From an uncultured Acidobacteriota bacterium (GTDB lineage: Bacteria; Acidobacteriota; UBA6911), in assembly GCA_963843575.1 (NCBI GenBank), contig CAWJKZ010000014.1:224001-288000 (forward strand): 64,000 nucleotides of DNA, in the 5' to 3' direction. The first letter of the stretch is position 1. Every line of letters starts with the position of its first letter. Positions 20,427 through 31,300 of the stretch are shown here, one piece after another. Both the position numbers and the translations under genes were made by a program. Below the pieces are notes generated by a model, which had not been told where the DNA came from, did not search any database, and worked only from the letters and a program-made list of their open reading frames with translations.

Positions 20427-20499
20427 CATTCGGATTGACGAGGTTTGCCCGGGGATTCCTGTCCTGCGCCAGAAGCGAAACAGTGTCAACGGACATGTT

Positions 20500-20889
20500 G
20501 TGAAGCGTGGGATCGCTAACACCCTCCGCGTCGCTCCCCCCTACGACGAAGAACTCGAGGGGATTTTAGTGTTCAGGGGCTTCGCGGAAGCCGAAATGTC
20601 CCTATGCCGGCTCGAGCAGCTGCGGAAGCGCTATCTCGGCACCGAGGACTACAAGGGTGCGGAGCTATGCCGGCAAATCGGGCTGGTCGGCCGCCGAAGG
20701 GCAGAGATCATCAGCCGGAGTCCGAGAGTAGGGTCGGTCAAGCGCCGTCAAAAGGCAGAGATCGCCAACTGGTTTAGGATCTGGTTCGAGAGCCCTGACC
20801 TCTTCCTGGACTGGCTGTCGCTGCGCAAGCAGACCGGATCCTTCCAGGAGCTGAGCGATTCAGAACAAAGCGATGATGACGGCACCTAA
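20500..20889 (+). CDS. Hypothetical protein
   Basis: 129-aa ORF with a Trp-rich motif EIANWFRIWFESPDLFLDWLSLRK; overlaps the next gene. Confidence 0.65.
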   Translation: MKRGIANTLRVAPPYDEELEGILVFRGFAEAEMSLCRLEQLRKRYLGTEDYKGAELCRQIGLVGRRRAEIISRSPRVGSVKRRQKAEIANWFRIWFESPDLFLDWLSLRKQTGSFQELSDSEQSDDDGT

Positions 20890-22282
20890 ATCATCTCCCA
20901 CCGACACCTTCACCGACACGCTCAAGGCCGAGATCGTGGCGGGGAGCGAAAACCTCTCGCTCTGGCTCAACTATGTCCAGGAATCCGGCGGGCTGGACCG
21001 GTTGTTCGAACTCGAATCCTGGCTCAAGGGACTGCGCTGCTTTTTTCAACCCGAGCACCTGCCGCTGGGCGAAACCGATCGAGCAGAGCTCCTCCGCAGG
21101 AGCTTCGCTCCCGAATTGCGGATCGTGCGCACGGCGCTGCTGCTGTGCGAGCAGCGCCTGGCTGCCGTATGCGCGTGTGGCCAGCCGGACCGCCTGGAGT
21201 TCGAGGCATTCAGCGGTCAAACCCGCGCTGCGAGCGCTTCCGACCACCCCATTGGAAGACTGCTGGAGCAGCCGACGCCGATGGACAGCCTGACGCGGCT
21301 GATGGAGTCGCTCGACGACCTGCGTGTTCTCGTCGAGAGCGTGGCCGCGGGGACGCGGCAAGATTACCAGGTGTTCCTCGCCCTCGGGAGAGCCTACCAG
21401 AAGGAACTGCGAGGCTGCCGTTACGTCGACATGCTTCTCAGCCAGCGCTTTCGGCTTCAGTACGACCGGGTGGACAACCCCATACTCGGCGGCATCCTGC
21501 GAGGCATCGCCGACGACGCGCTGCGCCGGGACGTTGCCGTCGCCCTGCTGTACCTGCTGCGCTTCCTGAAATACCTGGGGCTGGCCGAGACCGAGATGAG
21601 CGCGGACCGCCCGCTGCGGCACCTGGTCGTGCTCTTCGCGCTCCTGCACGAAGAAGTGGGAAAATTGGCGGATTTCCTGCGCTCCCGCCTATTGAAACGC
21701 AAGGAAGCGGGCCCCACGCTGCAGAGCGCGGTGGAGCTCGTCGTGTACTCGCTCAGCATGGAGTCGCAGCGCGCCCTGCAAAGGGAGCTTCTGTATGTCG
21801 CCCGTGAGACGGAAGCTCCGCCGATCTACACCCACATCGAGAACAGCCACGGGCTGCTGCGTCACTGCGTGCAGAGCTGCGCGGTCACTCTCGTCGGCGT
21901 TTTTGAGAGGTCACTCGACCCGCAAAAGTTGTTCCCATCGATGCTCGAAACCGAGCGGAAATCGCTGCAGTTGCGGCAAGGTCTCTGGGATCTGCGCGAC
22001 TACATTAAACAGGTCCTGGACACCCGCACGCCGCCGGACCTGGCGCGGCTGGTCGGTCGCCTGAATCTGTTCCGCGAGACATTCCTGCGTCACCTGACTT
22101 ACCGCGACTGGGCGCAGTTCGAACAGTTCGGCGACCAGATCATCGTCTGCGTCGACCAAGCCGATGTCCGGACCATCTTGAGGAAACTCGTCGTCCACAT
22201 CGAGGGCCTCGTCCAGGAGGTGTCGAAGAGGAGCGTCGTGCCGGAACACGTCCCGGAGCCCCTGGCGGGGGCGACCGAATAG
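20873..22282 (+). CDS. Hypothetical all-helical protein
   Basis: 469-aa Leu/Arg/Glu-rich ORF; no motif I recognise. Confidence 0.75.
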   Translation: MMTAPKSSPTDTFTDTLKAEIVAGSENLSLWLNYVQESGGLDRLFELESWLKGLRCFFQPEHLPLGETDRAELLRRSFAPELRIVRTALLLCEQRLAAVCACGQPDRLEFEAFSGQTRAASASDHPIGRLLEQPTPMDSLTRLMESLDDLRVLVESVAAGTRQDYQVFLALGRAYQKELRGCRYVDMLLSQRFRLQYDRVDNPILGGILRGIADDALRRDVAVALLYLLRFLKYLGLAETEMSADRPLRHLVVLFALLHEEVGKLADFLRSRLLKRKEAGPTLQSAVELVVYSLSMESQRALQRELLYVARETEAPPIYTHIENSHGLLRHCVQSCAVTLVGVFERSLDPQKLFPSMLETERKSLQLRQGLWDLRDYIKQVLDTRTPPDLARLVGRLNLFRETFLRHLTYRDWAQFEQFGDQIIVCVDQADVRTILRKLVVHIEGLVQEVSKRSVVPEHVPEPLAGATE

Positions 22283-22331
22283 GCCGGTTCCATTCGGGGC
22301 CGCCAAGGCACACGGCCCAGCGGATCCACGT

Positions 22332-22898
22332 ATGAAGGTCAAATGGAAGAAAGTATTCCTCTGGTCTTCCCTTGGGAGCGTCGCCTTGGGTGCGACCGTT
22401 GCGTTTGCGCGTAAGTCGCGCAAGGCGGCACGCTCGCGGGTGGAGTATCGGCCCCTCCCACCGGGGAGCGGAGTTAAAGCGCAGACCGAGGTCTTCGTCG
22501 AGGAAGGGAAGCCGGCGCAAGACACGTACCAGCTAACACCGACCTCCTTCAGGGTCTGGAGCGTGCTGGAGCTGCAGTCGGAACCCGGAACGCCCAACCC
22601 CGCGGGGAAGGCGATCTACCACGTAACCCTGACGCGTGGCGGCGCAACCGCCGCCGCCGCTGCCGGAGAGCGGTTGCTCGAGAGGTTTTACGGCACGATC
22701 CGCAGCGTGGAGCCCGGCGGAGCCGAACCCCGCAGAGACTGCATCGCCGGCGGCGCATTTCTCGAAATCCCGCGCTGCTACGTTGGGGGCGCCGCCAACG
22801 GGATCGAAAGCGGCGAGGTTCACCGCTCCAGGGCGCCGATTCTGGATTTCACCCTCGAACCCGACCTCGAGTCCTCAGCTGATCAGCGCCCCCTTTAA
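22332..22898 (+). CDS. Hypothetical protein with N-terminal membrane anchor
   Basis: MKVKWKK followed by a hydrophobic helix and a basic stretch; 188 aa. Confidence 0.6.
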   Translation: MKVKWKKVFLWSSLGSVALGATVAFARKSRKAARSRVEYRPLPPGSGVKAQTEVFVEEGKPAQDTYQLTPTSFRVWSVLELQSEPGTPNPAGKAIYHVTLTRGGATAAAAAGERLLERFYGTIRSVEPGGAEPRRDCIAGGAFLEIPRCYVGGAANGIESGEVHRSRAPILDFTLEPDLESSADQRPL

Positions 22899-23867
22899 CG
22901 CGCGGGTCCAGTGAAACACCAGCCCGTCGTGTCCGGCTTCGACGTGCACAATCTGGTTCGGGTCCAACCCGTGATCGGCTACCTGGCTGGCGAGCGGGAA
23001 CTCCAGGTATTCCCGCACGGCGCGGCGCAGGGGCCGTGCGCCGTAACGTAGGTTCGTGCCGCGCTGAATCAGGAATCGCTTCGTCCCCTCTGATATCGCC
23101 GCGCCCACTCCGGCCATGGCCAGTCGCGCGCGGGTGTCGAACAGGAACTTCTCCAGGATGGACATCAGGTGGTCGTCCTTCAAGCGGTTGAAGGTGATGA
23201 TCTCATCGACGCGGTTGATGAACTCGGGGCTGAAAAAGTCCTCCACGGCGCTGATGCAGACGGTCTGGATCTTGTGGTCGGCGGAATCCTGATCCAGTTC
23301 CTCGAACCTCTGCGCGGGCGGGCCGAAGCCGATGATCGCGTTCTTCGTGATGTTGTCGACCTCCTTGGCGCAGACGTTGCTCGTCATCATGATGAAGCAG
23401 TTGCGGAAGTTGAGGTCCACGCCCCTGCCCGTTTTCAGCTCGCCGCGCTCCAGGACCTGCAGCAGCAGGTCGTACAGGGCCCGGTCGGCTTTCTCGAGTT
23501 CCTCGAAAATCACAATCGTGAATTTCTTCTCGATCTTTTCCGGGGTAAGGAACGGCGGTTGCTCGTGCCCGACATATCCCGGCGGGGCGCCGACCAGCTT
23601 GGCGACGTCGTGGGCGTTCTTAAACTCCGTGCAGTTGATGGCCACGACCTCGTTTTCGTCGCCGTGCAGGATCTTGGCCAGGGAGCGGCCGATCTGGCTT
23701 TTGCCGGTTCCCGTCGGTCCGAGGAACAGGAAGGTTCCCAAGGGGCGCCGCGGGTCGCAGATCCCCAGGTCCGCGACGACGACCGCGCGGACCACCGACT
23801 CGACGGCGCGGTCCTGCCCGATGATCTCCTTCTGCAGCTGACTCCTGAGCTCTTGGGCTCTGAGCAT
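22875..23867 (-). CDS. Stand-alone ClpA/B/C second-ATPase-domain (AAA_2 + D2-small) protein
   Basis: IIGQDRAV, FLGPTGTGKS, GAPPGYVG, FEELEKA, MTSN, IIGFG, PEFINRVD, YGARPLRR; strong RBS before ATG 23867 (alternative start 23942). Confidence 0.88.
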   Translation of the reverse strand: MLRAQELRSQLQKEIIGQDRAVESVVRAVVVADLGICDPRRPLGTFLFLGPTGTGKSQIGRSLAKILHGDENEVVAINCTEFKNAHDVAKLVGAPPGYVGHEQPPFLTPEKIEKKFTIVIFEELEKADRALYDLLLQVLERGELKTGRGVDLNFRNCFIMMTSNVCAKEVDNITKNAIIGFGPPAQRFEELDQDSADHKIQTVCISAVEDFFSPEFINRVDEIITFNRLKDDHLMSILEKFLFDTRARLAMAGVGAAISEGTKRFLIQRGTNLRYGARPLRRAVREYLEFPLASQVADHGLDPNQIVHVEAGHDGLVFHWTRALKGALIS

Positions 23868-24166
23868 GCGTCCCTCCCTTGCCACCAGCCTTTGACCCGG
23901 TGCGGCCCTTTCGCCGCGGTCCTGGTCAACCACCCTGCTCATAACGATATCTTTGAACCCGAAAAAGTTTCTTCCGAGCCGGAAAAAATTCCCTCTGGCT
24001 GGGCGGCCTTTTCTCATGTCCTCATCGAGGCGAAAAACCTTAGGGGAGCCCCGTAAATTTTGCTAGACTCAGAGGTTAATTTGCGTCGTGCCATCGCCGG
24101 GTTTCCCGCTCCGCCGAGTCGTGGAGGCCCAAGTTTTTCCGCAAACCAATTCTCGCGCAGGTTGAG

Positions 24167-25435
24167 ATGCAAGACACGCTCCTGACGACGATACCGGGCA
24201 CGCGGGATCTTCTGCCCGACGAACTCGCCCCGTGGCAGTTAGTGGAGACGAAGGCGCGCGGGCTCTTCGCCCAGTACGGATTCCAGGAAATCCGCACACC
24301 CATCCTCGAAGCCACGGAGCTGTTTGCGCGGGGTATAGGAGGGGACACCGACATCGTCGGGAAGGAGATGTACACCTTCCTGGACCAGAGCGGCAAATCG
24401 ATAACGCTGCGCCCCGAGGCTACGGCATCCGTGGTGCGGGCGTACGCCCAACACGCCATGTACCGCGGGGCGGGACTCACCAAGCTCTACTACATCGGCC
24501 CCATGTTCAGGCACGAGAAGAAACAGAAGGGGCGTTGGCGGCAGTTCTACCAGATCGGCGCAGAGGTTTTGGGCTCGGACCACCCCGCCATAGAGACCGA
24601 GGTGATCGAAATGGTCCTTCGCCTGCTCGGCTCGTTGCAGATCCAATGCCAGTTGCTGGTGAATTCGGTCGGTTGCCCAAACTGCCGTCCCGCATACATC
24701 CGGTTGCTGCGCGCCGAGCTCGAGCGCATTGGCGGCGTTTTGTGCGAAGACTGCCGGCGCCGCGCGGAAACTAACCCACTGCGCGTCCTGGACTGCAAGG
24801 TGGAAGCGTGTCAGCCGCACATAGAGCGGCTGCCGATGATTACCGACCACTTGTGCGACGACTGCTCCATGCACTTCCGACGTTTCAGGGGCTACCTGGA
24901 CGAGGCGGAGATCCGTTACAGGATCGTGCCGAGGCTGGTGCGGGGGTTGGACTACTACGTCCGGACGGCATTCGAGATCGTTTCGGGAGAGCTGGGCGCC
25001 CAGAATGCGCTGGTCGGCGGCGGGCGCTATGACGGACTATCGGAAGTCATCGGCGGTCCGCCCGCCCAAGGCTTCGGCTTCGCGCTTGGAGTCGATCGAC
25101 TGGTCATGATCGTGCCCGAGGACATTGGGAGGAGCGCCGCGCACAAGCCTTCTGTTTTTCTCGCCTACATCGGGGAGGCGGCATTCGAGCGCGCCCGCGC
25201 CATCGCGCGGATTTTGCGCGGGGAGGGCGTTTCCGCCCACCTGGAGCTCGGCGGGGGCAGCCTCAAGAGCCAGATGCGGATGGCCAACAAGCTGCAGGCG
25301 GAGCACGTGCTCATCATCGGCGACGAGGAGCTCGCGCGCGGACGGTATCCGGTCCGACGCATGCGCGACTCCAAGCAGTGGGACGTCTCGCTGCCGGAGC
25401 TCTCCGGCTATCTCAAGACGCACGAAGCCCGCTAG
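24167..25435 (+). CDS. hisS: Histidine--tRNA ligase
   Basis: GTRD, KEMYTF, LRPEATA, RQFYQ, LVRGLDYY, GGGRYDGL. Confidence 0.98.
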   Translation: MQDTLLTTIPGTRDLLPDELAPWQLVETKARGLFAQYGFQEIRTPILEATELFARGIGGDTDIVGKEMYTFLDQSGKSITLRPEATASVVRAYAQHAMYRGAGLTKLYYIGPMFRHEKKQKGRWRQFYQIGAEVLGSDHPAIETEVIEMVLRLLGSLQIQCQLLVNSVGCPNCRPAYIRLLRAELERIGGVLCEDCRRRAETNPLRVLDCKVEACQPHIERLPMITDHLCDDCSMHFRRFRGYLDEAEIRYRIVPRLVRGLDYYVRTAFEIVSGELGAQNALVGGGRYDGLSEVIGGPPAQGFGFALGVDRLVMIVPEDIGRSAAHKPSVFLAYIGEAAFERARAIARILRGEGVSAHLELGGGSLKSQMRMANKLQAEHVLIIGDEELARGRYPVRRMRDSKQWDVSLPELSGYLKTHEAR

Positions 25436-25446
25436 GGCGCACAGGC

Positions 25447-27294
25447 ATGAGCAAGATCCGCGTTTTGCCCGAGATCCTGGCCAATAAGATCGCTGCGGGG
25501 GAGATCGTGGAACGCCCTGCGTCGGTGGTCAAGGAGCTCCTCGAAAACTCGATCGATGCCGGGTCGCATGCCTTGTCCCTCGCGGTGGAAGGTGGCGGCA
25601 AGCGGTTGATCCTCGTGCGCGACGACGGAGAGGGGATGAGCCAGGACGACGCCATACTCGCCTTTGAGCACCACGCCACGAGCAAACTGCAGACGATCGA
25701 CGACCTGGCTTCGATCGCGACGCTGGGGTTTCGCGGCGAAGCCCTCCCTTCCATCGCGTCCATATCACGCCTGACGTTGCGCACGCGGCCGCCTGAGGAG
25801 CCCGGGCATCCGGCAACCGGGACCGAGGTGGAGATCCAGGGGGGCATCCTGCGCCACGTCAAGCCGATCCCGTGGGACCGGGGCACCGAAGTGACGGTCC
25901 GCGACCTGTTTTTCAACGTCCCCGCAAGGCGCAAGTTCCTGCGTTCGAACGATACTGAACTGGGGCACATCACGCGGCTCGTGACCCAGTACGCGCTGGC
26001 CCACCCCGAGATGCGGTTCCGGCTGGAAAGCGAAGGACGATCGCTCATCGACGTGACTCCTGTCCCGACACTGCGCGAGCGGATATTCCAGGTGTTCGGC
26101 GACAAGTTCCTCGAAAACCTCGTCGAGCTTTCCGGCCGCAGCGGTTCGGTGGAGCTGCGCGGATTCAGTTCGCGCCCGCACGAACAGAGAACGAACCCGT
26201 ACTCCCAGTTTTTTTTCGTCAACCGCCGGATGGTGCGAGACAAAGTGATCACGAGCGCCGTGCGCCAGGCCTATCGGCATACGATGCCGGCGTCGGCGTA
26301 TCCGGTCGTCCTGATCTTCCTGCAGTTGCCGTACGAAGAAGTCGACGTCAACGCCCACCCGGCCAAGACCGAGATCCGCTTCCGCCAGCAGAGCATCGTC
26401 CACGACCTGGTCCGCGAGACCATCGGCAGCGCGCTGGTCCGGAGCAAATCGATACCGGTGTACGAGCACCTGCCGGCCGCGGGTCAGGAGACCCTCGATC
26501 CGCGTTCCGCGGCGCCGGCCGCTGCGTACCCGCCCGAGTTCGAATTCAGGCCGCCCTCAACGGCCCCGGATCCCTTTCAGCGCGCTTTCAACTACCCCTT
26601 CAGGGAACTTTCCCCGCTGCCAGCTCCGTCCGGACAAAGCCACGAATTCATGAAGCTCCGCGCGGACCTTCTACTCGGCGCGACTCCGGACGAGGGCGAG
26701 ACGCATCCCTTCGCCTCCGGCGGTGTCCGGATACTCGGGCAGATGCAGGAGAGCTATATCGTCGCGTGCGACCGGGAGGGGCTCCTCATCATCGATCAGC
26801 ATGTCGCTCACGAAAGAGTCCTCTACGAAAAGCTCGCCACGTCCATGGAGAAGCGGTCCGTCGAGACCCAGGGACTGCTCGTCCCGATGACCGTCGAGCT
26901 GGCACCGCACCAGATGGCGGTGCTCGAACGGGTCCTGCCCGAATTGAACCGCAACGGGTTTCAGGTCGAGCCGTTCGGCGGAAACGCAATCCTGATGCGC
27001 TCGGTCCCGGTGCTGGCGCGGGACTGCGACTGCCGGAAATTGATCGCGGAAATCCTTGAGGGGTTGGAGGCCGAGGAGAGGACGCTCGATGTCGCTCGGA
27101 TCCGCGACCGGTTGGCCGTGAGCATGGCGTGCAGGGCGGCCATAAAGGTGAACATGTCGCTCACCGTCGAAAAAATGCAGTGGTTGCTGGATGAGCTGTC
27201 CCAGACGCGGGTTCCCACCAACTGCCCGCATGGCCGGCCGGTGATCCTGCGGTTCAGCCTGTACGAGATCGAGCGCAACTTCGGCCGGATCTGA
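25447..27294 (+). CDS. mutL: DNA mismatch repair endonuclease MutL
   Basis: IAAGEIVERPASVVKELLEN, HATSK, GFRGEAL, DQHVAHERVLYE, CPHGRP. Confidence 0.97.
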   Translation: MSKIRVLPEILANKIAAGEIVERPASVVKELLENSIDAGSHALSLAVEGGGKRLILVRDDGEGMSQDDAILAFEHHATSKLQTIDDLASIATLGFRGEALPSIASISRLTLRTRPPEEPGHPATGTEVEIQGGILRHVKPIPWDRGTEVTVRDLFFNVPARRKFLRSNDTELGHITRLVTQYALAHPEMRFRLESEGRSLIDVTPVPTLRERIFQVFGDKFLENLVELSGRSGSVELRGFSSRPHEQRTNPYSQFFFVNRRMVRDKVITSAVRQAYRHTMPASAYPVVLIFLQLPYEEVDVNAHPAKTEIRFRQQSIVHDLVRETIGSALVRSKSIPVYEHLPAAGQETLDPRSAAPAAAYPPEFEFRPPSTAPDPFQRAFNYPFRELSPLPAPSGQSHEFMKLRADLLLGATPDEGETHPFASGGVRILGQMQESYIVACDREGLLIIDQHVAHERVLYEKLATSMEKRSVETQGLLVPMTVELAPHQMAVLERVLPELNRNGFQVEPFGGNAILMRSVPVLARDCDCRKLIAEILEGLEAEERTLDVARIRDRLAVSMACRAAIKVNMSLTVEKMQWLLDELSQTRVPTNCPHGRPVILRFSLYEIERNFGRI

Positions 27295-27361
27295 CGGTGC
27301 CGACCCGCCCGGCCTGCGAACGAATCCACGGCGCCCGGCGGTGAGACGGTCGTGGGAGGGT

Positions 27362-28252
27362 TCAGGGGCCGGCGACGGCGGCGGTGGCGACCGCACCCAT
27401 GCGTCGGAACTTCAGGTAGCGGTGTTCGCGCAGCTCTGGGCCGGATCTGGCCACCAGGGATTCGAGGGCGGGGCGCAGGCGCTCATCGAGCAGCCTGGCG
27501 GCGGCATCGTGGTCGTGGTGGGCTCCGCCCGGGGGCTCCGCCACGATCTCGTCCACCACCCCAAAGCCCTTCAGGTCGGGGGCCGTGATCTTCAGGGCGC
27601 TGGCTGCGACCTCGACGTGCTGCTGATCCTTCCAGAGGATTGCGGAGCACCCTTCGGGAGTGATGACTGTGTAAATGGCGTTCTCCATCATCAGCACGTA
27701 GTTGCCCACCGCAATCCCGAGAGCTCCACCGCTGCCCCCCTCGCCGATGATGCAGACGACCACGGGCACCTCGAGCCTGGACATCTCGCGCAGGTTGAAG
27801 GCAATCGCCTCCGCCTGGCCGCGCTCCTCGGCGCCGACGCTCGGGTAGGCGCCCGGCGTGTCCACGAAACAGAGGATGGGGCGCGAGAACTTCTCCGCCA
27901 ACCGCATGGCACGCAGCGCCTTCCGGTAGCCCTCCGGCTGGGCGTAGCCGAAGTTGCGGTGCTTCCGCTGCTGCAGGTCGCGGCCCTTCTGGTGCCCGAG
28001 CACCATCACGTGCCGCCCGTGGTATCGCGCGAAGCCGGCGACGATGGCCGGATCGTCGGCGAAGCGCCGATCGCCGTGAATCTCCGAGAAATCCTGGAAG
28101 AGGCGTTCCATGTAATCGAGCGTGTAGGGACGGTGCTCGTGTCGTGCCAGGAGGGTGTGCTGCCAGGCTTGGCTCTGGTTGGCCTGTCGCAGTCGTGCCA
28201 GCTCCGCGCGCAATTCTTGCAGCTGTTCTCCCTGATTGTCCTGCTGACCCAT
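27362..28252 (-). CDS. accA: Acetyl-CoA carboxylase carboxyltransferase alpha subunit
   Basis: HGDRRFADD, PEGYRKA, DTPGAYP, GEGGSGGA, VITPEGCSAILW. Confidence 0.96.
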   Translation of the reverse strand: MGQQDNQGEQLQELRAELARLRQANQSQAWQHTLLARHEHRPYTLDYMERLFQDFSEIHGDRRFADDPAIVAGFARYHGRHVMVLGHQKGRDLQQRKHRNFGYAQPEGYRKALRAMRLAEKFSRPILCFVDTPGAYPSVGAEERGQAEAIAFNLREMSRLEVPVVVCIIGEGGSGGALGIAVGNYVLMMENAIYTVITPEGCSAILWKDQQHVEVAASALKITAPDLKGFGVVDEIVAEPPGGAHHDHDAAARLLDERLRPALESLVARSGPELREHRYLKFRRMGAVATAAVAGP

Positions 28253-28312
28253 TCTGCACTCCGCCCGCTGGGATCCGCACAAGCAAACGCGTGCCGCAGC
28301 CGTAGAATCCGA

Positions 28313-31300
28313 CTACTTCACGACCACGACCGACCCCGGTCCGCAGATCCCTTCGATGGCCCGGATCAGCTCGGGGCTGGATTTCACCTTCACGAACTCC
28401 GCGGACTGGATCGTAACACGGAAGTCCCGGGGATTATAGAGTTCCACTTCGATCCCGGTTTCGCCGCGGTTCTTCTGGAACAGCTGATGCAGCTGGACGG
28501 CTGCGGCCGGGCTGATGTCGGGGACGGCTGCCCGGATGCACAAGGTCCGGGCGAACCTCTCGGTAGCGCCCTGCAGGGGCTGCAGTTCCGACGCGATGAG
28601 CTTGCACGATTTCTCGTCCTCGGCCTCGAATCGGCCGCTGACCAGGACCGGCGTGTCGGACGTGAGGTATTGCTCGGACTTCATGTATAGGCTGGGGAAG
28701 ACCACGGTCTCAACCGAGGCCGTGAGATCCTCCAGGTTGAACACCGCCATCAGCTCGCCTTTTTTGGTGCGGCGGGTGCGGCAGTCGGTGACCATGCCCG
28801 CGATACGGCACTCTGCGTTCCGGGCTTCGCTGATGAGTTCGGCGAGCGTTCTCTTGTTGAAGCGTGCCAACTCGCTGCTGAATCGGTCGAGCGGGTGGCC
28901 GGAAACGTAGTACCCGAGCGTCTCCTTCTCGTGCGCCAGCAGCTGTTCGGGCCCCCACTCGGCAATTTCGGGCGGGGGAGGTTCGGGCTCGGGCGCGTGA
29001 CCGGGCAGCAGGTCGCTGAAAAGGCCCTTCTGCCCGGACTGCCGGTCGCGCTGGATCTTCTGCCCGTGTTCTATGGCAGCGTCGATCGACGCCATCAGTT
29101 GAGACCTCTTCCAGCCGAATGAGTCGAGCGCGCCACTCTTGATGAGGCTTTCGAGCACGCGCTTGTTGACCGCCCGCGAATCCACCTCTTCGCAGAACTG
29201 GAACAGGCCGGTGAAACGCCCGTGCTGGTTGCGGTACTGCAGCATGGAACGGATCGCCCCTTCGCCGACGTTGCGTATGGCCAGCATGCCGAAGCGGATG
29301 TGCCCGCCCGTCGAGAGGAAGTCGAGTTCGCTCTCGTTGATGTCCGGCGGCAGGACGCGTATCCCCATGTCCCTGCACTCGGCGATGTACATGACTATCT
29401 TTTCCGTGTCGCCGATCTCGCTCGACAAGAGCGACGCCATGAACTGAACCGGGAAGTGGACCTTGAGGTACGCCGTCTGGTAGGCCAGCAGCGCGTAGGC
29501 TGTGCTGTGGGACTTGTTGAAGCCGTACTGGGCGAAGTGCTCCATGAGTTCGAAGACCTGCACGGCGCTCTTTTCGGGAATCTTGTTCTTTTTGGCTCCC
29601 TGGATGAATTTGTCCTTCATCGAGACCATGACCGAGGCCATCTTCTTTCCCATGGCTTTGCGCAACACGTCGGCCTCACCCAGCGAGAATCCCGCCATTT
29701 TGCTGGCGATCTGCATGACCTGTTCCTGGTAGACGATGACGCCGTAGGTTTCCTTCAGGATCCCTGCGAGCACGGGGTGCGCGTATTCGACCTCGACCTG
29801 GCCGTGCTTCCTCCTGATGAAGTCCGGGATCATGTCCATCGGGCCGGGTCGGTACAGGGCGTTCAAGGCGATCAGGTCCTCGAAGCGCTCCGGGCGCAAT
29901 CGGCGCAGCTCCGCCTTCATCCCGCCGCTTTCAAACTGGAAGATGCCGTTGGTCTTACCCTCGGAGAAGAGCGCGTACACCTCCGGGTCGTTCAGGCTTA
30001 CGGCGGAGAGATCCAGATCCTGGCCGAGCTCCTCCCGGATGCGTTTGACCGAGTGGTCGATGACGGTGAGGGTGGCCAGGGCCAGGAAGTCCATCTTCAG
30101 CAGGCCGATGCTTTCCAGGTCCTTCATGCTGTACTGGGTCGTCAGCTCGTCTTTGTTCGTCTTGTGCAGCGGGATCAGTTCGACGAGGGGCTTGGGCGCG
30201 ATGACGACGCCGGCGGCGTGAGTCGACGAATGGCGTGACAACCCCTCCAGGCGCTTGGCGATCTCGATGAGGCGCTCGATCTGCGGGTTCTTGTTCATCT
30301 CCTCGCGCAACCGAGGTTCCTGCTCGAGGGCCTTGTCGATCGTGGCGTTGAGCTCGTTCGGGATGAGCTTCGCGATGCGGTCCACGTCGGCGTAGGGGAT
30401 GTCGAGGCTGCGGCCGACGTCGCGGATCACTCCCTTGGCGGCCATGGTGCCGAAGGTGATGATCTGGCAGACGTTCTCGCGGCCGTACTTCCGGGCCACG
30501 TAGTCGATGACCTCCGCGCGCCGGTTCATGCAGAAGTCCATGTCGATGTCCGGCGGTGCGATGCGCTCCGGGTTCAGGAAGCGCTCGAAAAACAGGTCGT
30601 ATTGCAGCGGGTCGATGTCGGTGATCCGCATGCTGTAGGCGACGAGGCTACCAACGACCGAGCCCCGGCCCGGGACCCACGGGGATGCAGTCGTCGCGGG
30701 CGTGCTTGATCAGGTCCCACACGATGAGGAAGTAGCTCGAAAACTTCATCATCTTGATCATCGCGATCTCGAAATCGAGCCTCTCGTGGTACGCTTCCAT
30801 CGGGTTCTTGAGCAGCCCCTGGCGCGCCATCGCCTCCAGGTGGGGCCGGCGCGTCTCGAAGCCCTCTTGGACGACCTTCTCGAAATACGTGTCGGAGGTA
30901 AAGCCCGGCGGGACCTCGAAAGGGGGGAGAGACTCGGAAATCTCTATTCTCAGATTGCAGCGTTCGGCGACCCGCACCGTGTTGAGCAGTGCTTCGGGAA
31001 CGTGTCCCCACAGCTTGCCCATCTCGCTCGGAGACTTGAAGTAGAACTGGTCGCTGCCATAGCGCATCCGGTCCGTATCCTGCACGGTCTTTCCCGTGCC
31101 GATGCAGAGCAGCACGTCGTGGGCCACGCTGTCTTCGCGGGTCAGGTAGTGGCAGTCGTTGGTGCAGATCAGGGGGATGCCGGTCTTGCGGGAGATCTCG
31201 ATCAGATCGGGGTTGACCTGCAGCTGGCCGGGGAGGCCGTGATCCTGCAGCTCGAGAAAGAAGTTCCCCTGGCCGAAAATCTCGGTCAACTCGCCCGCTT

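Noticed and set aside
24070-24166. T-box or attenuator upstream of hisS
   Set aside because: Too short, with no T-box consensus, no His-rich leader peptide and no terminator.
24660-24875. Cys-rich segments in HisS (and AlaS) as novel insertions
   Set aside because: CxxC motifs in the HisS insertion domain and the AlaS Cys loop are common in many bacterial lineages.
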